From positions 48,794,001-48,858,000 of the forward strand of contig NC_043015.1 in NCBI RefSeq assembly GCF_006345805.1: a stretch of DNA of 64,000 nt, read 5' to 3'. The stretch comes from Octopus sinensis. Lineage: Eukaryota. The translations under genes and the position numbers were made by a program. This document shows, piece by piece, positions 11,134 through 23,681 of this stretch (the first letter of the stretch is position 1; each line of letters starts with the position of its first letter). Under the pieces are notes generated by a model. That model was not told the DNA's origin and did no database searches. It was given only the letters and a program-made list of their open reading frames with translations.

Positions 11134-14046
11134 ACTTCCAATCTAAAAAATCAAAATTTTAAAATATAAAAATAATACTTTTAAATAATTAAAGTATAAA
11201 TGAAAAAATATAAGTATATAATCCATATATAACCTATATATAATCCATATCGAAAATATAGACTAATTACCACGAATTCCCTAAAAAAACCATGATAAAA
11301 CAAAACTCTTAAAAACATATAACGATAAAATCTCCCTTTGCTAAACTCTATAACAAACCTATAAAGTAAACCCCCTAACCTAAACATTCACACACAAATA
11401 CACACACGTAAACCACAGACTCACGACTTATACACATACCTATACTAACTTATAAACCTCAATATACACCAAAACCCACTCCCTCCCCACACAGACAAAT
11501 TAACACATACATCCCAAAACCTAAATAACAAACCCATATACACATTCACACACAAACACACACTCACACGCAAAACACTCACACACAAAAGATACATATA
11601 CTCCCTCACATATACGCCTATACATACTCACTAAACTCGACATATACAACAATACTTACACACCCACAAAAAACATTATATACATTTATGAGCTTTAACT
11701 CACCTTAGCATCTCTAACAAACAACTTGCAGTAACCCAATCCCATTCTCTATGCCTACCTCACTACTACACTATTCCATTCACATTCCAAGCAACGCTAG
11801 TCCACCACCCGGTTATTCACGTGGCAAAACGAACACCACTCAAAAATTATGAATGAAACAATGTAAAAAAATAACCAACACCTAAAATAGACAAAATACC
11901 ACGAATTACCTAAAAAAACCATGATAAACCAAAACTCATAAAAGCATATAACGATAAAATCTCCCTTTGCTAAACCCTATAACAAACTTATATAGCAATC
12001 CCCCTAACCTAAACATTCACACACAAAAAACCCACACGTAAACCACAGACCCAAGACTTATACACAAACCTATACTAACTTATAAACCTCAATATACACC
12101 AAAAACCACTCCCTCCCCACACAGACAAATTAACACATACATCCCAAATCTTAAATAACAAACCCAAATACACATTCACACACAAACACACACACACGCA
12201 AAACACACACACACAACAGATACATATGCTCCCTCACATATACGCATATACATACTCACTAAAACTCGATATATACAACAATATTTACACCCACACTCAT
12301 ACAGATAAATAAATTAATTATACAATTAAAAACTCACAACCAATCTCATATACATAAACACTCTTATGAAAACAACAATAAATACATCGTAATTAACCAG
12401 AATATCAAAAATAACATTATGACATAAGGATAAATCAAATACATACTTACAATTCAGTTACAAATTATGAAGTGAAATTAGATTCTTAGCCGTTAAAAAA
12501 CCAAACAAAATTACGTTACCATGGAAATAACTAATGTAAAAAAAGAATACGCGCCATAGAAAGTAAACGTCATTCATAGTATGAATGGAGAAATATAATA
12601 AATGGAACTAAAAACTATTTCCACGTAGCAAACCAACGCTACTTAAAAAAAATTTATTATGAATGGATTCTTTAAAAACTATCATGAAAAATCAATTATA
12701 TACATTTATGAGCTTTAGCTCACCCTAGCAACTCTAACAAACAACTTACAGTAACCCATACTCAATGCCTACCTCATTACCACCCTAATCCATTCACAAT
12801 TCCAAGCAACACTAGTCCACCACCCGGTTACAATTCCCAACTCTACCCATTCATTCACAATTTCAACGACGTTCCCTTCAACAACTCTACATATAAGCCT
12901 CAACATATACACCGGAGATACACTTACACATCCGTGCGGATGGGTGAGAGTATACATTAAGTGTAGTGATGGGGCTCCCATTTCTAAACACATTTGTACC
13001 TGTGTGGTAGTCTCCATGTGTATATTCACGCACGGGTATAAATACAGGGGGTACACGCTCACTTCATTTACGTGTACCCCTCACATGTACATATGCATAC
13101 TATTTTGGCTCGATATATGCAACAATGTAATCGCGCCCGTATGTGTGAGCATTCACTGGTTGTGCAATTCACCCATCTGGGTGTGATTGTGTGTAAACTT
13201 ATCACTGTGGAGGTCGAGCTTGATACGTATATATTAGTGTGTATTAGGGGTTGTACGTACTAATTATGTTCATGTGCTTCACGCACTTGCGTCCATGTAT
13301 GGAAGAATATATTGGGATTACTATGTAGGTGTAAATAGGGTATGGGGGAGTTTTGTCATTGTATGGGTGTGGGTTTCATTTGTGATGTTGGTTAGTTGGT
13401 GATTATTAGTATGTTCTGTATATTAGGGCTAGTATGTATTATTCAAGTGTGTATAATTGTATACATATAATTGGTGTGAATGGGATTACTCCCATTTTTG
13501 GGGATGTGTGTGTTTATTTATCCATGTGGGGCGGGAGTGGCCGTTAGGTGCATATGCTGAGGCTCACATGCAAACCCAAGTACAACGAATGAAGTGGGCA
13601 CTTATAATTGTTATGGGTGTGTACTTTATTATAAAAGACAATACCCAAATAAAATCTGTCAATTCAACATACAAATAAAAAACAAAAAACAAAGGGATCT
13701 TAAACATTCACACATACATACAAAACTCAATAAAAACACCACTAAATAACACCCAAAAACATATAAATATATCCTCAAAATACATATAACAAATGCAAAA
13801 TAAAAATACATAATAAAATAAAATAAATAAAAATAAAAATAAAAAAATAAAAAAATCTAATATAAATTATTAAAGTTTTAACGTACCATAAACTGCTAAA
13901 TTAATATACATTAAAAATGAACTAATTAAAACAAAGAAATATCAATAAAGACTAACTATAATTAAATCCTAGACAACATAACCAAAAATATATCATCTAA
14001 ACTAATTTAAACTAAACTAAAATAACCTAAAAGGGAACTATTATTG

Positions 14047-16471
14047 CTATTTATCATGAAACTTATTATATAAGTAAAGTAACTTGTGTCTACATTTTAT
14101 TTTGCGCTCCTCCCCAGTATTAAGTAAATTATCATACTTATAAAATAAAATTTCTTTAAACTCATTAGAGCATAAATAACAACAATTAGCTCCTATATTA
14201 TATGATTTAGTTTTACAAATTATTTCCCATATTAAACTATAATTAATATTTAGTGATTTAAGACTCCAAATATACTTACTAAGTCCGGTTGAGTTGATTA
14301 AGTTTTTATTTTTAAAAGAATTCATATGTTGTGCAATTCTTAGTTTTATTTTTGAGGAAGTAGAACTTATATAAACCGCTTTTGTGTAATTATTATTCTT
14401 AAAGTTATTATCATGTAATGTAACTATACATTTATACACTACATCGTTAATATCACAATTATTATTTAATATACAATTAGATTTATCTCTACATGTACAA
14501 TTAATATAAGTCTTATCATTATTAATATTATTATCAAATAATTTCTTTTTATAAAAATTATTCAGTTTATATTTATTAAATGAAGAAATAATGTTACCAA
14601 CATTATTAGTGGTAGAGTAACCAACTCCAAAATTATTAAAAGAGAAAATGTTTCTATATTTACGATTATCTCTAATAAATAGTTCTATAACATCTAAAAT
14701 CTCTTTAATAATATTCGTTTTAACTTGATCTCCATAAGGAACTATTAACCAATTTTATTCTTATTAACCTTATTATTATTATCATTATTATAAATATATT
14801 TATAATTCTTTATTTTATTAAAATTATTATCAGAATTATATCTATGTACAGCATTTAAGGAATTATTAATATTATTAAATTTATCAATATAATTATTATA
14901 ATAATTATTAAATTTATTTTTATTTATATTATTCTTATTTATATTATTATTATTATATTTATTATTATTATTATTATTCTTATTTATATTTTTATCATTT
15001 TTATTATTTTTTTATAATATCTATTATTTTTACCACTAAACGTAACAAAATTATAATTATTATTAGAAGTATCTCGAAAATTATCATTTAAATCATTATC
15101 GCTAATATTATAAAATTTAATATTCTTATTATAACCTGCCCCTCTAAGGGCCTCATTATAATAATTAGCATGTTTATTAAAAATCTCTATATCATAAGAG
15201 AGTAATGAAATACGTTTACTTATATTATTAATCAACGATTTTTTAATAGAAAATGGGTGATTACTATTAACATTTATATATCTAAGGTTCTCATTAAGTT
15301 TATGATATGGTTGTGTTTTACCTGTAATAAGATTAAAATTAACATCTAAATAATTAACATTATAATTCTCCTTATATATAGTAATACGTAAACCATATCT
15401 TTTAAAGAAACTATATAGTTTTTTCTTATATACTTCTAGATTCCTATTAGTACAATTCTTTGTAACTAGTAGAAGATCGTCTCTATATAAACCACCCTCT
15501 ATCTTAAGATTTTCTAATTGGAGTTCAGATAAAAGAAAAATACCTACTAAATCAGTAGCCTGTGCAGAATCTGGTGCTCCCATAGGTATATCAAAACAAT
15601 CTCTAGTATCATTCCTAGCCCATAATTTATTTTTATATTTAATTAGCGATTTCCTAGCCAATTTAATTACATTAACTTCTTCCCGTGACATGCCCACTTT
15701 ATTCATTGCGAAAATAAGCGCTTTATTAAACACAATTTCATTAATAGAAGAATAATAATTATCTATATCTATTTGAATAAATTTATAACGATTTTTATCT
15801 TTAATATTATTAAACCATTTCAATGTATTATTATTACTAAACCATAATTTTAAATAATTAAGTTTATTTAACTTATCAATATATTTATCTAAAATAAATT
15901 TACTTAATTTACCTAGGTCCGATTTACATGGGCAAATTAATCTAACTTTAGGGTCTGAATAAAAATTATCTTTATGGTCTTTAAGAGTAATTCTGGGGTG
16001 CAAAGGTACATAAGGTTCAGTTTTATTATCCAACTCATATTTTAACATTACTACTTTAGAGGCCTTATTAATATTATAAAGAATATCATCTGGAACAATT
16101 TTATATTTTTTAATTATTTCTTTCCCTAATAGTTTATCATATAATTTAACATCTAATTTATATAAGTTCCTTGTTTTATCAGATTGTACTATAATACTAT
16201 CCATATTTCTCATATCTTTAATTTTAATTGCTAAATTCCTTAAATATTCATTATTTCTATTTGGGTATTTATGGAATTCAATATTTTTTACCACCTTCCA
16301 TATACTATCTTCAAGTAATTGTAATTCTTTATTAAATGGAGGTTCCTTTCTAGATTTAAATTTAGAGGTATAATTATCATTCCTACTATCAATATCATTA
16401 AATAAATAAAAATTATAGTAAAAAGCTTTCCATTTAATTCTAGAAATAAAATCTTTAACATTATGATTATC
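14047..16471 (-). mobile_element. Penelope-like element (Naiad-like) RT + C-terminal GIY-YIG ORF, copy 1 (two frameshifts)
   Basis: FISRIKWKA...KSRKEPP...TLKDHKDNF...RLICPCKSDLG...IDIDNYYSSI...FDIPMG...GLYRDD...YLDVNFNL...NSNHP...IWLIVPYG...CTCRDKSNCILNNNC...VYKC...YISST...CYLC...CRH. Frame breaks at ~15010 and ~14750. Confidence 0.92.
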
Positions 16472-16549
16472 TATATATATAAATATTTATATATGCATGT
16501 ATGAATATGTATATATAAACACACACAAGTCGTAAAGTCAATTATCTGT

Positions 16550-16885
16550 TCAAAACTTAGGCTTGAGTGTTATGTGTGTCATGTTTGAGCTTTCTGTCTG
16601 GTTTGATATTTCCGTCGTGTTTGGTCGTTCCGTCGTGTTTGGTCTTTCCGTCCCGTTTGGTCTTTTCGTCGTGTTTGGTCGTTCCATCATTTTTGATCTT
16701 TCTGTTTTGTTTGACATAAGTGTCACGTATGATTTAGTTGACTTGTATTTTGTTGTTTCCGCGCGTAATTCCACGAGATGAACTTTTACATGGTAAACAG
16801 CTTCTCAGACTTCAACTCACGTAAATCATACTTCAAATTACTTAATCCATCTTTATTAAAATTTCTGTTAAGTAAAAGCTTATAT
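16550..16885 (-). pseudogene. Duplicate of the terminal glycosyltransferase exon, with a 1-nt deletion at ~16796
   Basis: Matches 22897-23233 except ACATGGTAAAC versus ACATGGGTAAAC, which shifts the frame after ...EKLF. Confidence 0.8.
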
Positions 16886-17444
16886 CTGAAACACAATAAA
16901 TATATCCTGATAAAACAACAATTAATTCAGTGATATTGTGCATACGATATACATGTATAATATAAATATAATTTACACACCCACACACATATTATATATA
17001 TATATATATATATACATACGTGTGTATGCATGTGTATATATATATATATATATATGATTATATATATATATATCTATACAATATGTTACATTACTCGGTA
17101 GTCAAGATAAAACTCTGAGTTTCAGATGCCATCTCTTCGGTTATCTGGCTATTTCTAGCCAGATAACCGAAGAGATGGTGTTGTGGATTTCCACTTCGGC
17201 ATCTGAAACTCAGAGTTTTATCTTGACTACCGAGTAATGTAACATATTGTATAGATAAATTTCCTCTATTTACATAATATTGAGGTCTCTTTCTTTCTTT
17301 TGTTATCTTACCGTTTTATCAATATATATATATATATATATATGATTATAAAATATTATTTGAGACAAAACCACTATTTTGCAAAACAAACAAGGAAAGA
17401 CTTAATCAATACATAAAATTTAATAAATAGTCAAAAAAAAACTG

Positions 17445-17487
17445 CCACTACAATCGTTTCTTGTCTTGATCGACAATCTTCAGGTGG
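17445..17487 (-). ncRNA. Hammerhead ribozyme near the 3' end of the AT-rich PLE (copy 2)
   Basis: Identical to 11091-11133 at offset 6354. Confidence 0.8.
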
Positions 17488-20396
17488 ACTTCCAATCTAA
17501 AAAATCAAAATTTTAAAATATAAAAATAATACTTTTAAATAATTAAAGTATAAATGAAAAAATATAAGTATATAATCCATATATAACCTATATATAATCC
17601 ATATCGAAAATATAGACTAATTACCACGAATTCCCTAAAAAAACCATGATAAAACAAAACTCTTAAAAACATATAACGATAAAATCTCCCTTTGCTAAAC
17701 TCTATAACAAACCTATAAAGTAAAACCCCTAACCTAAACATTCACACACAAATACACACACGTAAACCACAGACTCACGACTTATACACATACCTATACT
17801 AACTTATAAACCTCAATATACACCAAAACCCACTCCCTCCCCACACAGACAAATTAACACATACATCCCAAAACCTAAATAACAAACCCATATACACATT
17901 CACACACAAACACACACTCACACGCAAAACACTCACACACAAAAGATACATATACTCCCTCACATATACGCCTATACATACTCACTAAACTCGACATATA
18001 CAACAATACTTACACACCCACAAAAAACATTATATACATTTATGAGCTTTAACTCACCTTAGCATCTCTAACAAACAACTTGCAGTAACCCAATCCCATT
18101 CTCTATGCCTACCTCACTACTACACTATTCCATTCACATTCCAAGCAACGCTAGTCCACCACCCGGTTATTCACGTGGCAAAACGAACACCACTCAAAAA
18201 TTATGAATGAAACAATGTAAAAAAATAACCAACACCTAAAATAGACAAAATACCACGAATTACCTAAAAAAACCATGATAAACCAAAACTCATAAAAGCA
18301 TATAACGATAAAATCTCCCTTTGCTAAACCCTATAACAAACTTATATAGCAATCCCCCTAACCTAAACATTCACACACAAAAAACCCACACGTAAACCAC
18401 AGACCCAAGACTTATACACAAACCTATACTAACTTATAAACCTCAATATACACCAAAAACCACTCCCTCCCCACACAGACAAATTAACACATACATCCCA
18501 AATCTTAAATAACAAACCCAAATACACATTCACACACAAACACACACACACGCAAAACACACACACACAACAGATACATATGCTCCCTCACATATACGCA
18601 TATACATACTCACTAAAACTCGATATATACAACAATATTTACACCCACACTCATACAGATAAATAAATTAATTATACAATTAAAAACTCACAACCAATCT
18701 CATATACATAAACACTCTTATGAAAACAACAATAAATACATCGTAATTAACCAGAATATCAAAAATAACATTATGACATAAGGATAAATCAAATACATAC
18801 TTACAATTCAGTTACAAATTATGAAGTGAAATTAGATTCTTAGCCGTTAAAAAACCAAACAAAATTACGTTACCATGGAAATAACTAATGTAAAAAAAGA
18901 ATACGCGCCATAGAAAGTAAACGTCATTCATAGTATGAATGGAGAAATATAATAAATGGAACTAAAAACTATTTCCACGTAGCAAACCAACGCTACTTAA
19001 AAAAAATTTATTATGAATGGATTCTTTAAAAACTATCATGAAAAATCAATTATATACATTTATGAGCTTTAGCTCACCCTAGCAACTCTAACAAACAACT
19101 TACAGTAACCCATACTCAATGCCTACCTCATTACCACCCTAATCCATTCACAATTCCAAGCAACACTAGTCCACCACCCGGTTACAATTCCCAACTCTAC
19201 CCATTCATTCACAATTTCAACGACGTTCCCTTCAACAACTCTACATATAAGCCTCAACATATACACCGGAGATACACTTACACATCCGTGCGGATGGGTG
19301 AGAGTATACATTAAGTGTAGTGATGGGGCTCCCATTTCTAAACACATTTGTACCTGTGTGGTAGTCTCCATGTGTATATTCACGCACGGGTATAAATACA
19401 GGGGGTACACGCTCACTTCATTTACGTGTACCCCTCACATGTACATATGCATACTATTTTGGCTCGATATATGCAACAATGTAATCGCGCCCGTATGTGT
19501 GAGCATTCACTGGTTGTGCAATTCACCCATCTGGGTGTGATTGTGTGTAAACTTATCACTGTGGAGGTCGAGCTTGATACGTATATATAGTGTGTATTAG
19601 GGGTTGTACGTACTAATTATGTTCATGTGCTTCACGCACTTGCGTCCATGTATGGAAGAATATATTGGGATTACTATGTAGGTGTAAATAGGGTATGGGG
19701 GAGTTTTGTCATTGTATGGGTGTGGGTTTCATTTGTGATGTTGGTTAGTTGGTGATTATTAGTATGTTCTGTATATTAGGGCTAGTATGTATTATTCAAG
19801 TGTGTATAATTGTATACATATAATTGGTGTGAATGGGATTACTCCCATTTTTGGGGATGTGTGTGTTTATTTATCCATGTGGGGCGGGAGTGGCCGTTAG
19901 GTGCATATGCTGAGGCTCACATGCAAACCCAAGTACAACGAATGAAGTGGGCACTTATAATTGTTATGGGTGTGTACTTATTATAAAAGACAATACCCAA
20001 ATAAAATCTGTCAATTCAACATACAAATAAAAAACAAAAAACAAAGGGATCTTAAACATTCACACATACATACAAAACTCAATAAAAACACCACTAAATA
20101 ACACCCAAAAACATATAAATATATCCTCAAAATACATATAACAAATGCAAAATAAAAATACATAATAAAATAAAATAAATAAAAATAAAAATAAAAAAAT
20201 CAAAAAATCTAATATAAATTATTAAAGTTTTAACGTACCATAAACTGCTAAATTAATATACATTAAAAATGAACTAATTAAAACAAAGAAATATCAATAA
20301 AGACTAACTATAATTAAATCCTAGACAACATAACCAAAAATATATCATCTAAACTAATTTAAACTAAACTAAAATAACCTAAAAGGGAACTATTAT

Positions 20397-22818
20397 TGCT
20401 ATTATCATGAAACTTATTATATAAGTAAAGTAACTTGTGTCTACATTTTATTTTGCGCTCCTCCCCAGTATTAAGTAAATTATCATACTTATAAAATAAA
20501 ATTTCTTTAAACTCATTAGAGCATAAATAACAACAATTAGCTCCTATATTATATGATTTAGTTTTACAAATTATTCCCATATTAAACTATAATTAATATT
20601 TAGTGATTAAGACTCCAAATATACTTACTAAGTCCGGTTGAGTTGATTAAGTTTTTATTTTTAAAAGAATTCATATGTTGTGCAATTCTTAGTTTTATTT
20701 TTGAGGAAGTAGAACTTATATAAACCGCTTTTGTGTAATTATTATTCTTAAAGTTATTATCATGTAATGTAACTATACATTTATACACTACATCGTTAAT
20801 ATCACAATTATTATTTAATATACAATTAGATTTATCTCTACATGTACAATTAATATAAGTCTTATCATTATTAATATTATTATCAAATAATTTCTTTTTA
20901 TAAAAATTATTCAGTTTATATTTATTAAATGAAGAAATAATGTTACCAACATTATTAGTGGTAGAGTAACCAACTCCAAAATTATTAAAAGAGAAAATGT
21001 TTCTATATTTACGATTATCTCTAATAAATAGTTCTATAACATCTAAAATCTCTTTAATAATATTCGTTTTAACTTGATCTCCATAAGGAACTATTAACCA
21101 AATTTTATTCTTATTAACCTTATTATTATTATCATTATTATAAATATATTTATAATTCTTTATTTTATTAAAATTATTATCAGAATTATATCTATGTACA
21201 GCATTTAAGGAATTATTAATATTATTAAATTTATCAATATAATTATTATAATAATTATTAAATTATTTTTATTTATATTATTCTTATTTATATTATTATT
21301 ATTATATTTATTATTATTATTATTATTCTTATTTATATTTTTATCATTTTTATTATTTTTTTATAATATCTATTATTTTTACCACTAAACGTAACAAAAT
21401 TATAATTATTATTAGAAGTATCTCGAAAATTATCATTTAAATCATTATCGCTAATATTATAAAATTTAATATTCTTATTATAACCTGCCCCTCTAAGGGC
21501 CTCATTATAATAATTAGCATGTTTATTAAAAATCTCTATATCATAAGAGAGTAATGAAATACGTTTACTTATATTATTAATCAACGATTTTTTAATAGAA
21601 AATGGGTGATTACTATTAACATTTATATATCTAAGGTTCTCATTAAGTTTATGATATGGTTGTGTTTTACCTGTAATAAGATTAAAATTAACATCTAAAT
21701 AATTAACATTATAATTCTCCTTATATATAGTAATACGTAAACCATATCTTTTAAAGAAACTATATAGTTTTTTCTTATATACTTCTAGATTCCTATAGTA
21801 CAATTCTTTGTAACTAGTAGAAGATCGTCTCTATATAAACCACCCTCTATCTTAAGATTTTCTAATTGGAGTTCAGATAAAAGAAAAATACCTACTAAAT
21901 CAGTAGCCTGTGCAGAATCTGGTGCTCCCATAGGTATATCAAAACAATCTCTAGTATCATTCCTAGCCCATAATTTATTTTTATATTTAATTAGCGATTT
22001 CCTAGCCAATTAATTACATTAACTTCTTCCCGTGACATGCCCACTTTATTCATTGCGAAAATAAGCGCTTTATTAAACACAATTTCATTAATAGAAGAAT
22101 AATAATTATCTATATCTATTTGAATAAATTTATAACGATTTTTATCTTTAATATTATTAAACCATTTCAATGTATTATTATTACTAAACCATAATTTTAA
22201 ATAATTAAGTTTATTTAACTTATCAATATATTTATCTAAAATAAATTTACTTAATTTACCTAGGTCCGATTTACATGGGCAAATTAATCTAACTTTAGGG
22301 TCTGAATAAAAATTATCTTTATGGTCTTTAAGAGTAATTCTGGGGTGCAAAGGTACATAAGGTTCAGTTTTATTATCCAACTCATATTTTAACATTACTA
22401 CTTTAGAGGCCTTATTAATATTATAAAGAATATCATCTGGAACAATTTTATATTTTTTAATTATTTCTTTCCCTAATAGTTTATCATATAATTTAACATC
22501 TAATTTATATAAGTTCCTTGTTTTATCAGATTGTACTATAATACTATCCATATTTCTCATATCTTTAATTTTAATTGCTAAATTCCTTAAATATTCATTA
22601 TTTCTATTTGGGTATTTATGGAATTCAATATTTTTTACCACCTTCCATATACTATCTTCAAGTAATTGTAATTCTTTATTAAATGGAGGTTCCTTTCTAG
22701 ATTTAAATTTAGAGGTATAATTATCATTCCTACTATCAATATCATTAAATAAATAAAAATTATAGTAAAAAGCTTTCCATTTAATTCTAGAAATAAAATC
22801 TTTAACATTATGATTATC
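20397..22818 (-). mobile_element. Penelope-like element RT + GIY-YIG ORF, copy 2 (several 1-nt deletions)
   Basis: Fragmented ORFs 21991-22641, 21785-22009, 21333-21803, 20600-20788 and 20359-20580 reconstitute copy 1. Copy 2 is correct at the site where copy 1 is shifted (AAATT-TGG, KIWLIVPYG). Confidence 0.92.
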
Positions 22819-22896
22819 TATATATATAAATATTTATATATGCATGTATGAATATGTATATATAAACACACACAAGTCGTAAAGTCAATTATCTGT

Positions 22897-23233
22897 TCAA
22901 AACTTAGGCTTGAGTGTTATGTGTGTCATGTTTGAGCTTTCTGTCTGGTTTGATATTTCCGTCGTGTTTGGTCGTTCCGTCGTGTTTGGTCTTTCCGTCC
23001 CGTTTGGTCTTTTCGTCGTGTTTGGTCGTTCCATCATTTTTGATCTTTCTGTTTTGTTTGACATAAGTGTCACGTATGATTTAGTTGACTTGTATTTTGT
23101 TGTTTCCGCGCGTAATTCCACGAGATGAACTTTTACATGGGTAAACAGCTTCTCAGACTTCAACTCACGTAAATCATACTTCAAATTACTTAATCCATCT
23201 TTATTAAAATTTCTGTTAAGTAAAAGCTTATAT
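22897..23233 (-). CDS. GT7 beta-1,4-galactosyl/GalNAc-transferase, terminal exon with repeat tail
   Basis: Acceptor gtttcag|A, phase 2. (R)YKLLLNRNFNKDGLSNLKYDLRELKSEKLFTHVKVHL matches the GT7 C-terminal DGL.L.Y...LYT motif, followed by a repeat extension to the stop at 22897. Confidence 0.85.
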
Positions 23234-23384
23234 CTGAAACACAATAAATATATCCTGATAAAACAACAATTAATTCAGTGATATTGTGCATACGATATAC
23301 ATGTATAATATAAATATAATTTACACACCCACACACATATTATATATATATATTATATATATATATATACATACGTGTGTATGC

Positions 23385-23429
<45 letters not shown>

Positions 23430-23681
23430 TACACACATACATACATGTATAATTGTGTGTGTGTATATATATATGTAAATATACTTTTCTACTCTAGGCA
23501 AAAGGCCCGAAATTTTTGGGGAGGGGGCCCATTCGATTAGATCAACTCCTGTATGCAACTGGCACTTTTAAGCATTTTGCCCAACATACTAACATTTCTG
23601 CCAGCTTGCTGCCTTTCAATATATGTAAATATTGAACAATGGTAATGAGTGGTCAACACTACATGGGTAAACAAAGATACA

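Larger units (their letters stand above)
10700..23400. repeat. Tandem duplication of a ~6.35-kb unit (about 10700-17050 and 17055-23400)
   Basis: Sequences align with offset 6354 falling to 6347-6348. Both boundaries and the junction lie in (TA)n tracts. Ten 1-nt homopolymer indels and one substitution noted by eye. Confidence 0.97.
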
